A DNA stretch of 64,000 nt from Sedimentisphaerales bacterium. GTDB taxonomy: Bacteria; Planctomycetota; Phycisphaerae; Sedimentisphaerales; SM23-30. The position numbers and the translations under genes are program-made. The DNA lies in contig CAXXMR010000013.1 in assembly GCA_963663805.2 (NCBI GenBank), positions 448,001 to 512,000 of the forward strand. The letters are read 5' to 3'. The notes beneath the pieces were generated by a model. That model had not been told where the DNA came from, ran no database searches, and saw only the letters and a program-made list of their open reading frames with translations. Positions 9,905-19,837 of the stretch are shown piece after piece. Within the stretch, counting starts at the first letter, position 1. Each line of letters begins with the position of its first letter.

Positions 9905-12459
9905 ATGCCCTCCGTCAGTTCCAGGCGTAAATCTTTCTGGAGTTGGCCATAATGCTCCTGCTCCTCCTCGTAAAAAGCCTGAAGTTTTTTATCGCCGGCC
10001 CGGTCAGCCAAAGCTCCCAGTTGCGAAAGCGAAAAACGAATCCGAGAAATATTGTCAGTCAGTGCGAAGCGTTCGCCGCTATCGATAAGCTCTTTCATTT
10101 TTTTGTATTCGGCCTCAAAATAATCCTCCACCTCATTTTTAAGGCCCAGGGTCATGCCAGCCCGGAATACCGCGCCGTAAATCATCTGGCAATAATGGTC
10201 GAGTTCCAGCCCTTTGAGCAAATCGAAACCCTGTCTACGCAAATTGCCATTACCGCTATGACACCAATAGAACCCGCGTGACATCTTTTCGGACATTTCA
10301 TCGGGATAATTCAATTTGCCGCTGTCCAGGGCCTCAAATAATTTTTGATTAGAGCTGGCATTCTTACGCAGCATAATGGCAAATGTCGAGTCAATATAAA
10401 CGGTTTCCCAGTTGCCGGACTGTTCCAGTAAACGCAGGTTGGGTTCGGATTTCATTACATTAAGCAGGGCGACATTGACACCTTCACGCTGGAGCGTTTC
10501 ATCGTATTGCTGGGCACTCAAGGCTCGGCGATTGTCATCTCTGCCGCCTTTGAGGTTTTGCCAATGTTCAAAATGTGACAGCTCATAGGCAGCCTGAGCC
10601 CGGCCGTCGATATAGGCTTTACAGGCTGGTTCGCCTTTTTCGTTGGGATGCTGGCCGAAAGCTATGAAGCCGCCATTCACCCAGCCGTTGAAAACTGTTC
10701 CCTGCAAGTGATTCAAATCAAAAAAACGTATCGCTTCCACCGGCTGAGCGGTGATACCGACCATCCGCCGAAACATTGATAACTTATAACCATCGTAAGC
10801 GGGTTTGTAATATATCTCGTTAATGCCGTTTGCGAATACCCAGCCGATTAACGCGGTGCCGACCAGTGAGGTAAGTGCCAGAGCTGATTTGAGTTTTGGA
10901 CCCATCGGATTCAAGACGAGTTCCTTCTTTTGCCGTGCCCGCATCAGCACCCGAACCATGTTGATTATATCCTGAGCTATTTTGGCGATGAACGGGGCGA
11001 GTACCACTCCGCCCAGGAAAATGAAACGGCGCGACTTAATCGACATAATCAAAGTTATGCCCATTATGCCGATATAGGCTAAGTCGATTTGGGGCCAGGG
11101 GCAGTCGTCGGGCTGGCTATCGGTCTTGCGAGACCGGTGGCTGGTTTCATCAACAGCACTTGTCGGCTTGAGCAGATAAAGCACCCACCACAGCACAAAC
11201 AACAACGCGCCAATGGTCAGGAAATAACAATAAGGGCCTTCATTGCCGAAGCCCAGGCCGTCCCATATTGGCCGCCATTCGATAACGCTGCGCCATTTCT
11301 GGCCTTCCTTGCCGGCAGCGACCACCAGAGGATGCAGCAGGTTTTCCAGGCCGAACGGACTGAAAATCGCAGGGACCAGCCAGGTCGCTCCGGCGGCACC
11401 TGCAAGCATTACCAAACTACGCCGCTTGGGGCGATATATAACGTTTCCGCCCAGACGTTTCATCCGTAAACCTACGCCCACCGCGATTGCCAGGGACACT
11501 ATTGCCGATAAATATCCCGCCACACGCCAGGGGGCGTAGTTATCTTTGATTTCCGTTAATTGCTCATTCAGAGTTTGGGCATCCTGAGCCCGGCCGGCAA
11601 GCTGAAGTTTCTCGACATTGTCGGCTATTTTATCCAGTTCCTCACCCAAACCGCCCGCTCCGGAAAGGAGCATGAACGCCGCCACTATAAAACCCAGAAT
11701 TAAAAAAACATAAGTCGACCGTCCCAGATAATGATGAATCGCGTAACTTGCCAGCACAATCATCATTATCATAATCGCGTAAATAAAACCGCCGTGTACG
11801 TTCGACCATAAAATCAGGACCGGCAGCAGGGCATATAAGGCCCTGACCTTGCCCTGTCGCCAATATGCCAGAATCAATATCAGGGCCGCGGCGAAGAGAA
11901 TTGAACTCTGGTTGGGCCTTAAATCTATGAATGAACGGCTGAGCAGCATGCCAAAAGCGGCTGCTCCGGCAGCCAGTATCGGATGTGCACCCATGACCCG
12001 ACCAGCCCAATATGCCAAGAGGCCTGTAAGGACAGCTTGCAGGAATTTGTAGACGACGATGGAATTTTCGCCCCACCAGGTCTTCATGCGATAGAAGACC
12101 ACATGCGTCAGCCAGTTCTGGTTTACCCAGCCGAAATATCTGCCGGTGCTGTCTTCGGGTATGTAGGGCCTGCTATTGGCACCGAAAGGGTCGCGTTTGG
12201 TCATGTGAATCCCAAACAAATCCAGCAGTTTCATCTGTACGGTACGGCCCTCCTGCTCCAGAGCCCATGCTCCCAGCGTATAGCGCCCGCAGGCCATCGC
12301 GACCCAGGTATCTCCGCCGCCGATGGGTTTGTCCGCACTGTGCAAAGATGCCGCTATGACAAGCAGCAAACAGCCCAGCCACATCAAAGCTGAGCCGCGT
12401 TTTTTGTCCGCACCTGAGCCTTGGGCTTTCAATGGAGACAACTGAGCCTGTTCTGCCAT
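9895..12459 (-). CDS. Large polytopic membrane protein, possibly a GT-C-like glycosyltransferase
   Basis: 854 aa with many TM segments and an acidic residue after TM1 (GGGDTW). Other conserved-looking motifs are LRP, LWSNVHGGF, IEWRP and YIDGR. It overlaps the GT2 start. Confidence 0.6.
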   Translation of the reverse strand: MAEQAQLSPLKAQGSGADKKRGSALMWLGCLLLVIAASLHSADKPIGGGDTWVAMACGRYTLGAWALEQEGRTVQMKLLDLFGIHMTKRDPFGANSRPYIPEDSTGRYFGWVNQNWLTHVVFYRMKTWWGENSIVVYKFLQAVLTGLLAYWAGRVMGAHPILAAGAAAFGMLLSRSFIDLRPNQSSILFAAALILILAYWRQGKVRALYALLPVLILWSNVHGGFIYAIMIMMIVLASYAIHHYLGRSTYVFLILGFIVAAFMLLSGAGGLGEELDKIADNVEKLQLAGRAQDAQTLNEQLTEIKDNYAPWRVAGYLSAIVSLAIAVGVGLRMKRLGGNVIYRPKRRSLVMLAGAAGATWLVPAIFSPFGLENLLHPLVVAAGKEGQKWRSVIEWRPIWDGLGFGNEGPYCYFLTIGALLFVLWWVLYLLKPTSAVDETSHRSRKTDSQPDDCPWPQIDLAYIGIMGITLIMSIKSRRFIFLGGVVLAPFIAKIAQDIINMVRVLMRARQKKELVLNPMGPKLKSALALTSLVGTALIGWVFANGINEIYYKPAYDGYKLSMFRRMVGITAQPVEAIRFFDLNHLQGTVFNGWVNGGFIAFGQHPNEKGEPACKAYIDGRAQAAYELSHFEHWQNLKGGRDDNRRALSAQQYDETLQREGVNVALLNVMKSEPNLRLLEQSGNWETVYIDSTFAIMLRKNASSNQKLFEALDSGKLNYPDEMSEKMSRGFYWCHSGNGNLRRQGFDLLKGLELDHYCQMIYGAVFRAGMTLGLKNEVEDYFEAEYKKMKELIDSGERFALTDNISRIRFSLSQLGALADRAGDKKLQAFYEEEQEHYGQLQKDLRLELTEGMWW

Positions 12460-12694
12460 GAATCAACCTTTCTCAATTCCTAATGCCATAGAGCCGCCTG
12501 TTTAACCGCGGCAACTACTTTAGTATAAAAGGGTTGCTGTTTCATAGCAAGAACCGTTCCGGTTTGGTCCGGTAACGGCGGCGGGGCGTTCTATATAAGC
12601 TTAATGTGTTGGGAGTAAAGAAGTTAGAATGCCGAAGCTTATCGACTTTGTCATGAATCTTTTGGGCGATTGGCCCGGTCGGAAGCGGTTTGTT

Positions 12695-12723
12695 TTGACC
12701 TTTGGGGGGATTTCTTTTAGTAT
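12695..12723 (+). promoter_or_regulatory. Sigma70-type promoter candidate for the DNA methyltransferase
   Basis: TTGACC-17 nt-TAGTAT. Confidence 0.5.
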
Positions 12724-12778
12724 CCGGGGTTGTAGCTGATACGTGTAGTTTTGATATTTGCTGTGGGAATTGAAATTA

Positions 12779-13666
12779 ATGGCTGAGAATACTATCATCA
12801 ATGGCGACTGTATCGAGGTTTTGGCTAAGCTGACAGCTGAGAACGGCGGGGCGGGGTTTGCGGATTTGATTTTTGCGGACCCGCCTTTTAATATCGGCTA
12901 CGATTACGATAAGTACAATGACAACCTTGAACATGAGGACTATCTGGCCTGGACGAAGCGGTGGATGCAGGCCTGCTGTGATGCTCTGAAGGATAACGGC
13001 TCGTTCTGGATAGCGATTGGCGATGATTACGCGGCGGATATTCGGGTGATTGCGCGTGATATGGATTTGGGGGAATTAGCCCGTCCTAAGGACAAACGCC
13101 GGAGGAAAAAGCCGGCCCAGCCGGGTCTGACTTTGCGGAACTGGATAATCTGGTATTATACTTTCGGGCAGCAGACCAAGATGAAGTTCGCTCGTTCGCA
13201 TACTCACATTTTTTATTTTGTGAAGAATCCGAAGGATTTCATTTTTAACGATATGTCAATTCGAGTGCCGTCGGCTCGTCAGACGACTTATAATGACAAG
13301 CGAGCCGATAGTCGCGGGAGGGTGCCGGATGATACCTGGATTTTGCGGCCTCAGGAAATTGAATCATCCTTTCAGCCGGATGAGGATACCTGGCATATTC
13401 CGCGGGTATGCGGGACGTTCAAGGAGCGGGCGGGTTTTCACGGCTGTCAGATGCCGGAGAAACTGCTGGAGCGGATAATCCTGACCGCCAGCGACCCGGA
13501 ACATCTGGTATTGGACCCGTTCAGCGGGTCGGGCACTACGGTGGTGGCGGCGGCGAATCTGGGACGGCGGTATCTGGGGATTGATATGTCCGAGAGCTAT
13601 GTGGAGCAGGGGCTGGAGCGGTTGAAAAATCGCGGCGGTGGGCTTTTTGATAATGTTGAACCGTGA
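12779..13666 (+). CDS. Orphan N4/N6 amino-DNA methyltransferase (beta class)
   Basis: Catalytic motif IV DPPFN precedes the SAM-binding motif [10 protein letters not shown]. No adjacent endonuclease. Confidence 0.9.
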   Translation: MAENTIINGDCIEVLAKLTAENGGAGFADLIFADPPFNIGYDYDKYNDNLEHEDYLAWTKRWMQACCDALKDNGSFWIAIGDDYAADIRVIARDMDLGELARPKDKRRRKKPAQPGLTLRNWIIWYYTFGQQTKMKFARSHTHIFYFVKNPKDFIFNDMSIRVPSARQTTYNDKRADSRGRVPDDTWILRPQEIESSFQPDEDTWHIPRVCGTFKERAGFHGCQMPEKLLERIILTASDPEHLVLDPFSGSGTTVVAAANLGRRYLGIDMSESYVEQGLERLKNRGGGLFDNVEP

Positions 13667-13677
13667 TTTAAGTAAAG

Positions 13678-13744
13678 AAATATTTAACCGCAGAGTGCGT
13701 ATCGCACAGATAGACAGCTGCGGATTGACGCGGATTTTTTAACG
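13678..13744 (-). repeat. Inverted copy of the repeat found at 19605 and 19751
   Basis: The reverse complement reads CGTTAAAAAATCCGCGTCAATCCGC...GCGGTTAAATATTT, matching both ends of the 19.6-kb units. Confidence 0.65.
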
Positions 13745-13802
13745 ACAACGAGGATTTTGGTATGCGTTGACGGGATAATTCGAGTGAAAGATAAATGATT
13801 CT

Positions 13803-15010
13803 ATGGATTTGAAATGTCGGCGTTGGTTTGAGGTGGGTATTTCTGGCGATAATGTTTGTGGCCGATGGGATGGTCTGGGCGGATAAGGGGCGGTTTGTGG
13901 TGGTTGATACTCTGCCGGGCGCTACGATCGCTCACGCGGCGGCGGGGCTCGATGATGGCACGGTGCTGGTTACGGGCGGGTACGGCAAGATGCTGAATAT
14001 GATTCCGCTGGCCAGCAGTCTGGGGCGGATTTTTGATGGGGTTAGTTTGAAGTGGAGGATAACAGCCGGGAGACTTAATTTGGGGCGGATAAATCACGCG
14101 GCGGTTAAGCTGTCGGATGGCTCGGTGCTTATCGCGGGGGGGGCGGGGGCAGGATGGCAAGCCGATGCACAGTATCGAAAGGTATGACCCGGCGAGTCAG
14201 AAGTTTTATCTGGTGGGAGACATGGTGAAGTCGCGGTCGGGGCCGGTTTTGACGGTTATTGATGACCAGCGGGTGTTGGTTACGGGTGGGCCTTTTGACG
14301 CGGAGATTATCGAGGTGCCGGGGGCAGTTGATGAAAAACACCCGGTGCGGGTGCTGGAATCGAAGCTTCGCTATCGGCATGATGAACATGTATGCGTGCG
14401 AACTCTGGGCGGCGAAATTGTGATTGTGGGGGGGCGTACCAGCGGCATTGAGCATTTCGATGGGGCCAGTGAGACGTTTTACGCGAGCAAGGCACGGTTG
14501 CCGCGGGTGCTGGATGATTTTGTGGCGCTGCTGCTTTATGATGGTCGGATTCTGCTGGCGGGCGGGCAGGATATTTATACGATGCAATCGGTGAATACAA
14601 TTTTTATTTATGATGCGGTTAAGCAGGAACTAACGGCGGGGCCCACGTTTGTTGCGACTGCTGAGGGGGTGGCCCAGCCGGGTGCGGCTGATATGAAGGC
14701 GGTTGATTTGTATGAAGGGGACGCGGAGAAATGGGGACGATATATTTTTCTGGCTGGTGGTGAATATGACCCGGGCAAGGGGGGCAAAGGTGGTGATGTG
14801 ATACTGGATTCGGCGTTTATTTATAACGCTGTGGATAATACGATTGTTTCGGTGGGGCCGATGAATTATCAGCATGATGAGTTTGCGGCGGCTTCGCTGC
14901 CGGTCGATGTGAATGGTGACAGGCGGGCCTTGATCGTGGGAGGCTATGGCCCTCACGATAAGGTAGAGGCTTTTTGTGAGATTTTTTCGGTAAGAATTCC
15001 CTGGGACTGA
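13803..15010 (+). CDS. Secreted Kelch/galactose-oxidase-type beta-propeller protein, frameshifted at a G8 run
   Basis: Repeated VLVTGG/VLIAGG/IVGG/LLAGG blades. G7 instead of G8 at 14136-14143 joins ORFs 13828..14187 and 14117..15010. A further extra T at 13827-13829 would give the signal peptide MDLKCRRWLRWVFLAIMF from ATG 13803, so the start is uncertain. Confidence 0.75.
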
Positions 15011-15061
15011 CGTTTTTATTTTGTAACATTTTGGGGGATGGAACGACTTGCAGGTATGGTT

Positions 15062-16243
15062 ATGAAGATTGTTATCGCACCGGATTCGTTTAAGGGGTCG
15101 CTGTCGGCATTGGAGGCTTCTGAGGCTATTGAGCGGGGTCTCAGGCGGGTTCGGCCTGATATTGATACGGTTATTGTGCCGATGGCTGACGGTGGGGAGG
15201 GGACTGTTGACGCTCTGGTGGCGGCTAATAAGGGCAGGGTTCGTGAGGTTGAGGTTTGCGGGCCTTTGGCGGGGATGAAGGTTGGGGCGAGTTATGGGAT
15301 TTTGCCGGATGGGACAGCGGTTATCGAGATGGCTGCCGCGGCGGGTCTGCCGCTGTTGAAGGATGAGCATCGGAATCCATTTGAGACGACCAGCTATGGT
15401 GTGGGTGAGCTGATTATTGATGCGGTGGTTCAGGGGTGTCGGCAGTTTATTGTGGGGATAGGCGGCTCGGCGACTAATGACTGTGGGACGGGGCTGGTAC
15501 AGGCATTGGGGGTTAGGTTTTATGATGACACTGATAAGGAATTCGTTGAGCCGATGAATTGCCGTTTGAACGGACTGGTCAAGAATATCGATGTTGCCGG
15601 GCTTCATCCGATGTTAGCCGAATGTGAATTTACGGTGGCTTGCGATGTTGAGAATCCTTTGCTGGGGGCACGAGGGGCGACTTATGTTTATTCACCTCAG
15701 AAGGGTGCCCGCAAGGAGGATTTGCCGGTGCTGGAATCGAATATGTCTCATGTGGCGAGGATTATCCAGCCTTATGCCGAAGTTGATTTGGCAAGTTATC
15801 CGGGCTTGGGTGCTTCGGGTGGCTTGGCGGTGACTATGCTGACTTTTTTGCGGGCGAAGCTGGGGGCGGGGATTAAGATTGTGATTGAACAGAGTAATTT
15901 TGCGGAGAGGATCGCGGGTGCTGATTTGATTATTACGGGCGAGGGGCGAGTTGACGGTCAGACGGTTTATGGTAAGACCATTGCTGGTATTGCTGCGGCG
16001 GCGGGCGAGAAGAGCGTGCCGGTTGTCGCCATGGCTGGCTGTCTGGGTGAGGGAGCGGCGGAAGTTTTGGGTATTGGGGTTGGGGCGGTAGTGCCGATTT
16101 GCAGTGGGCCTATGACTTTGGCTGAGGCGATGGCAAACGCGCCGGAATTGCTTTCGGATGCGGCGGAGCGGGTGTTCCGTCTGATTTTATTGGGCGGACC
16201 TAAACAGGGTGTAACAGCTGTGAAAAATGTACATATAATGTAA
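15062..16243 (+). CDS. glxK: Glycerate kinase (GlxK/GarK family)
   Basis: MKIVIAPDSFKGSLSA, PMADGGEGT, GIGGSATNDCG, ITGEGRVDGQT..GK. Confidence 0.95.
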   Translation: MKIVIAPDSFKGSLSALEASEAIERGLRRVRPDIDTVIVPMADGGEGTVDALVAANKGRVREVEVCGPLAGMKVGASYGILPDGTAVIEMAAAAGLPLLKDEHRNPFETTSYGVGELIIDAVVQGCRQFIVGIGGSATNDCGTGLVQALGVRFYDDTDKEFVEPMNCRLNGLVKNIDVAGLHPMLAECEFTVACDVENPLLGARGATYVYSPQKGARKEDLPVLESNMSHVARIIQPYAEVDLASYPGLGASGGLAVTMLTFLRAKLGAGIKIVIEQSNFAERIAGADLIITGEGRVDGQTVYGKTIAGIAAAAGEKSVPVVAMAGCLGEGAAEVLGIGVGAVVPICSGPMTLAEAMANAPELLSDAAERVFRLILLGGPKQGVTAVKNVHIM

Positions 16244-16466
16244 GACTTTTATTTTTAGGGGTTTAGGTTTTTGTAAAAGTCTTTTGATAAACTAACTTTG
16301 CATTTTGGCAATCATCTGCTATACTATTTTGCCCAGTGGTATGGACCTGCTGTTAGAGCCTAACAGGTCCGTCCAGCCCGCGGCTGACGTTGTGGGGGGA
16401 GTTATTGTAGCAGAAAAATGAGTTTACGCGGCATACCTAGGCGGCAGAAAGCCGATTGCATAATAT

Positions 16467-17963
16467 ATGATTCGTTTCAAGATATATGACCAGGGCAAAG
16501 AAGTTGCAGATATGCCGTTGAACGGCTCTTACCTTTTTGCTCAGGATGAGATACCGGTTCGGGGCCGGTTGGAATTCGCTGACGGTGAGTTGTTGGGCAT
16601 TCGTCATAGTGATTCGGCTATTGGGCTGGCCTCGTTATGGAATGTACCTGAATTTGGTAAGGTGTTTTTGCAGACCACACGGCTGCCGGAACGTGACAAG
16701 GCTTATAATCTGAATGTCGAGATCGCCCGGGGGCGTTTGCTGCGTCTTAATCAGAAGCGTGAAGAGTGGGGGATGGTTGACTTGCAGCTCACCGAGGAGC
16801 ATCATAAGCTCATTGATGGGGCGATGGATAATTTTGTGCTGGCGCTATGCAATGCCGAGAAGCCCGGTCAGGCTGCATTGTACGCAGACCGTTCGCTGAA
16901 GCTGGCGATGGACGCGGGCGAGGCGATGGCGGCGGCTCACGCGGAGATGTTTCTGGCCCGTCGGAGCAGTACCCAGGGTTTTGGTCGTCATAGTTTTGGC
17001 TGCTGTTTCAATCCTTCCCGGATAAAAGACAAAGAATATCTGAAGCTCATCAAGAGTAATTTTCATTTTGTGACTATACCGGTCAGTTGGCGTCAGATTC
17101 AGCCGGAGGAACAGCGTCAGGATTTTGAGCTTCTGGATGAGTGTGTGGAGTGGTTGTCGCATAATCGTATCGCTATCAAGGTCGGTCCTTTGATTAGTTT
17201 TTCGCCGAATATGGTGCCGGACTGGCTTTACATCTGGGAAAACGATTTTGAGCAGCTTCGCGAGATGGCTTATGAATATGTCACCAGTGTGGTTGAGCGT
17301 TATGGTAATAAGGTTCAGGCCTGGGATGTTGTCAGTGGTTTGAACGCTGACAATTGTTTTCGCTTCAGTTTTGACCAGATAATAGAGATGACTCGTTCGG
17401 CGTGTCTGGCAGCGAAGCGGGCGTTTCAGCGTTGTTTGGTACTGGTAGAGTTGACAGAGCCTTGGGGTGAATATTACGCGGTTAATCAGCGTACGGTTCC
17501 GCCCATGATTTATGCCGATATGGTAGTGCAGAGCGGGGTTAATTTTGATGGCTACGGTTTGAAAATTCGTTTCGGCCGGGGCGGGGCGGGCATGTGGAGC
17601 CGTGATTTGCTGGAACTTTCGGGGCTTTTGGACCGGTTTGCGGCATTTGGCAAGCAGGTTCATCTCTCTGGGGTTCAGGTTCCCAGCAGGCCGGACCCGC
17701 GTGACAATGTGGGCAAGATTGGTGACCCGGGCTTCTGGCATGAGCCCTGGAGTGAGGAGATTCAAGCCCGCTGGCTGGATAGTGTTTATCGTATCGCGCT
17801 GAGCAAGCCTTATGTTGAAACTGTTACGTGGCAGGATTTTGCGGACTGCGAGGACGGCATTCTTATGTCGGGCGGTCTGGTGAATAGTGACCTTACGCCT
17901 AAAGCGGTTTATGAGACTTTTGGCGGTTTGAAGAAAAATCTTGTCAAGCCGACGAAAAAGTGA
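16467..17963 (+). CDS. GH10 (xylanase)-fold protein, apparently lacking the catalytic glutamates
   Basis: GH10-like segments W..IQPEE, YVTSVVERY..KVQAWDVV, TVTWQD and GL..SDLTPK..Y, with an extra N-terminal domain. Confidence 0.75.
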   Translation: MIRFKIYDQGKEVADMPLNGSYLFAQDEIPVRGRLEFADGELLGIRHSDSAIGLASLWNVPEFGKVFLQTTRLPERDKAYNLNVEIARGRLLRLNQKREEWGMVDLQLTEEHHKLIDGAMDNFVLALCNAEKPGQAALYADRSLKLAMDAGEAMAAAHAEMFLARRSSTQGFGRHSFGCCFNPSRIKDKEYLKLIKSNFHFVTIPVSWRQIQPEEQRQDFELLDECVEWLSHNRIAIKVGPLISFSPNMVPDWLYIWENDFEQLREMAYEYVTSVVERYGNKVQAWDVVSGLNADNCFRFSFDQIIEMTRSACLAAKRAFQRCLVLVELTEPWGEYYAVNQRTVPPMIYADMVVQSGVNFDGYGLKIRFGRGGAGMWSRDLLELSGLLDRFAAFGKQVHLSGVQVPSRPDPRDNVGKIGDPGFWHEPWSEEIQARWLDSVYRIALSKPYVETVTWQDFADCEDGILMSGGLVNSDLTPKAVYETFGGLKKNLVKPTKK

Positions 17964-17971
17964 GGGTTAAA

Positions 17972-18916
17972 ATGAATACCAGAATAATCCTGAACCTGAT
18001 TTTAGTGATGTTATTTCTGTTTGCGGGCTGTAATAGTTCGAAGGTGATTTATACGCAGGATGAGGAGGCCATTTACGCCAAACCTACTATCGCGGTGTCA
18101 CGCTTTGATGTTCGGGCGGTGACAAATACGCGGTGGAATATTGGTGATGGGATAGCTGATTTGGTTGCTGACCGGCTGGTGGATACACGTCGTTTTATGG
18201 TTTTGGAGCGTGATGAGCTGGAGGCGATGCTCGCTGATATGGCCCGCAGCAGTAAATTGCGTTCGGGACAGGGGGGAACCGCTGGGCGATTGAAAAATGT
18301 ACGCTTTTTGATTAAGGGGGATATTACTGATTTTGGCCAGATGCAGGATGAGGGGTGGTTTAGTTCAAAAAGCTATACAGTGGTGGCGGCGAAAATTGAG
18401 GTCGTGGATGTGCAGACAGGGCGGACGATTGCCTCAAGGGATGTGGTCGCCAGAGTCAAGAACAAGAAAGATTCTGAGCAGGCCGTAGCAATCGAAACAG
18501 CTGCTTTTGGGAGTTTGAGTTTTTATCAGACTTCAATCGGTCAGGCGACTTCGCAGATGGCTGATAAGGCAGTTGAAGCAATTGTGGAATCTATTGATGA
18601 TGAACCGTTTCAGCCGAAAATCGCTTCGGTGGTGGACGGCAGTATCGTAATAAACGCGGGGAAGGACCACCTGATACAAAAAAATGCGGTTTACATCGTT
18701 AGGCCTGAGCCTGAGCCGGTGCGTGACCCCGACAGCGGCGATATTCTGAGTTATGTCGCCGGCAGTAAGATTGGTATCATCCGGGTGACGCAGGTTATGG
18801 AGCGTATCTCTCTGGCAAAGGTCGTCGATGGTTCGGGTTTTCAGGCGGGCCAGACGCTGTTTCTGGACAGCGGCGGTGAGGCCGGACAAGTGGCACCGGT
18901 GGTGCAGAGTCATTAA
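17972..18916 (+). CDS. CsgG/HfaB-like lipoprotein with a FlgT-like C-terminal domain
   Basis: Lipobox LFAGC; KPTIAVSRF, L..RLVDTRRFMVLER..L, IKGDITDF, VVDVQTG; C-terminal INAG...VRDPDSG. Confidence 0.75.
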   Translation: MNTRIILNLILVMLFLFAGCNSSKVIYTQDEEAIYAKPTIAVSRFDVRAVTNTRWNIGDGIADLVADRLVDTRRFMVLERDELEAMLADMARSSKLRSGQGGTAGRLKNVRFLIKGDITDFGQMQDEGWFSSKSYTVVAAKIEVVDVQTGRTIASRDVVARVKNKKDSEQAVAIETAAFGSLSFYQTSIGQATSQMADKAVEAIVESIDDEPFQPKIASVVDGSIVINAGKDHLIQKNAVYIVRPEPEPVRDPDSGDILSYVAGSKIGIIRVTQVMERISLAKVVDGSGFQAGQTLFLDSGGEAGQVAPVVQSH

Positions 18917-18983
18917 TCTCTTACAAATGACAAAAACAACCACAAGCCCCCTAGGGGCGAAAGAAAATGTTTTACCATTAAAT

Positions 18984-19575
18984 CCAAGCTAATCCACCGG
19001 CTCTGCCGGTGAGAATTTATAAGGCTCTGCCGTTAAGTGCGTTACAATGGTCCTCCTTGAGGAAGGCTCCTGGGGTCAAGGAGGACACTATGAAAGACTG
19101 GCAGAGTCAGGCCCATGTAAAATGGGACTGTAAGTATCATGTTGTTATTGTACCCAAATATCGTCGCAAAGCAATATTTGGTAAGTTGCGAAAGGAAATA
19201 GGTGCGATATTGCGAGAATTGTGCCGCCAATATGGGATAGAGCTTATAGAAGGTAACGCCATGGCAGACCATATTCATATGCTCCTGAGCGTTCCGCCCA
19301 AGTACAGCATCGCTATGACCATCGGTTATCTCAAAGGTAAAAGTGCCATCCGGATTTCTCGTGATCTGATGCGTACCAAAGGCACTCTCTTTGGCCGCAG
19401 TTTTTGGTCTCGCGGTTATTGTGTAAGTACCGTTGGTCTTGATGAAGCCCATATTCGTAAGTACATTCAAGATCAGGACAAGCATGAGCAAAATATTGAA
19501 AAAGGATTAGACTAACTGTAATGGCCCCTTTTAGGGGCCTTCCTCATACCACCGGCTCTGCCGGTGGTCATTGAT
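18984..19575 (+). mobile_element. IS200/IS605-family insertion sequence (tnpA only); ends approximate
   Basis: The same subterminal hairpin CACCGGCTCTGCCGGTG occurs at 18995-19011 and 19550-19566, around a Y1 transposase gene. Confidence 0.88.
19090..19515 (+). CDS. tnpA: IS200-type HUH (Y1) transposase
   Basis: CKYHVVIVPKYRRK, HUH motif DHIHML, YLKGKSA, FWSRGY, catalytic YIQDQ; RBS AAGGAGG. Confidence 0.95.
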   Translation: MKDWQSQAHVKWDCKYHVVIVPKYRRKAIFGKLRKEIGAILRELCRQYGIELIEGNAMADHIHMLLSVPPKYSIAMTIGYLKGKSAIRISRDLMRTKGTLFGRSFWSRGYCVSTVGLDEAHIRKYIQDQDKHEQNIEKGLD

Positions 19576-19837
19576 TCTCTTATCTCTTATGACTTATCTC
19601 TTAATTAAAAATCCGCGTAATCCGCGGTTAAATATTTCCGTTGCGTTGTTTTAATTTTTGAGTCTAGAATTTGTTTAGTCTCTTACAAATGAAATTTTAC
19701 GCAAAATGGCAACCATTTACCAGAGCCGCGTACGTAAGTAAGCGGTGCCGTTAAAAATCCGCGTAATCCGTGTAATCCGTGGCTAAATATTGTCGTTGTT
19801 TGTGTTGTTTTGAATTTTGAGTTTAAAATTTGTTTAG
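19576..19837. repeat. Repeat cluster: four TCTCTTA-type heptamers and two ~75-85 bp imperfect direct repeats
   Basis: TCTCTTA TCTCTTA TGACTTA TCTCTTA at 19576-19603. Units 19605-19678 and 19751-19837 share an identical first 20 nt (TTAAAAATCCGCGTAATCCG) and both end AATTTGTTTAG. Confidence 0.8.

Noticed and set aside
3709..17765. Long antisense ORFs (3709..4611, 14630..15607, 16845..17765)
   Set aside because: They are shadows of well-supported genes on the opposite strand and have no motifs of their own.
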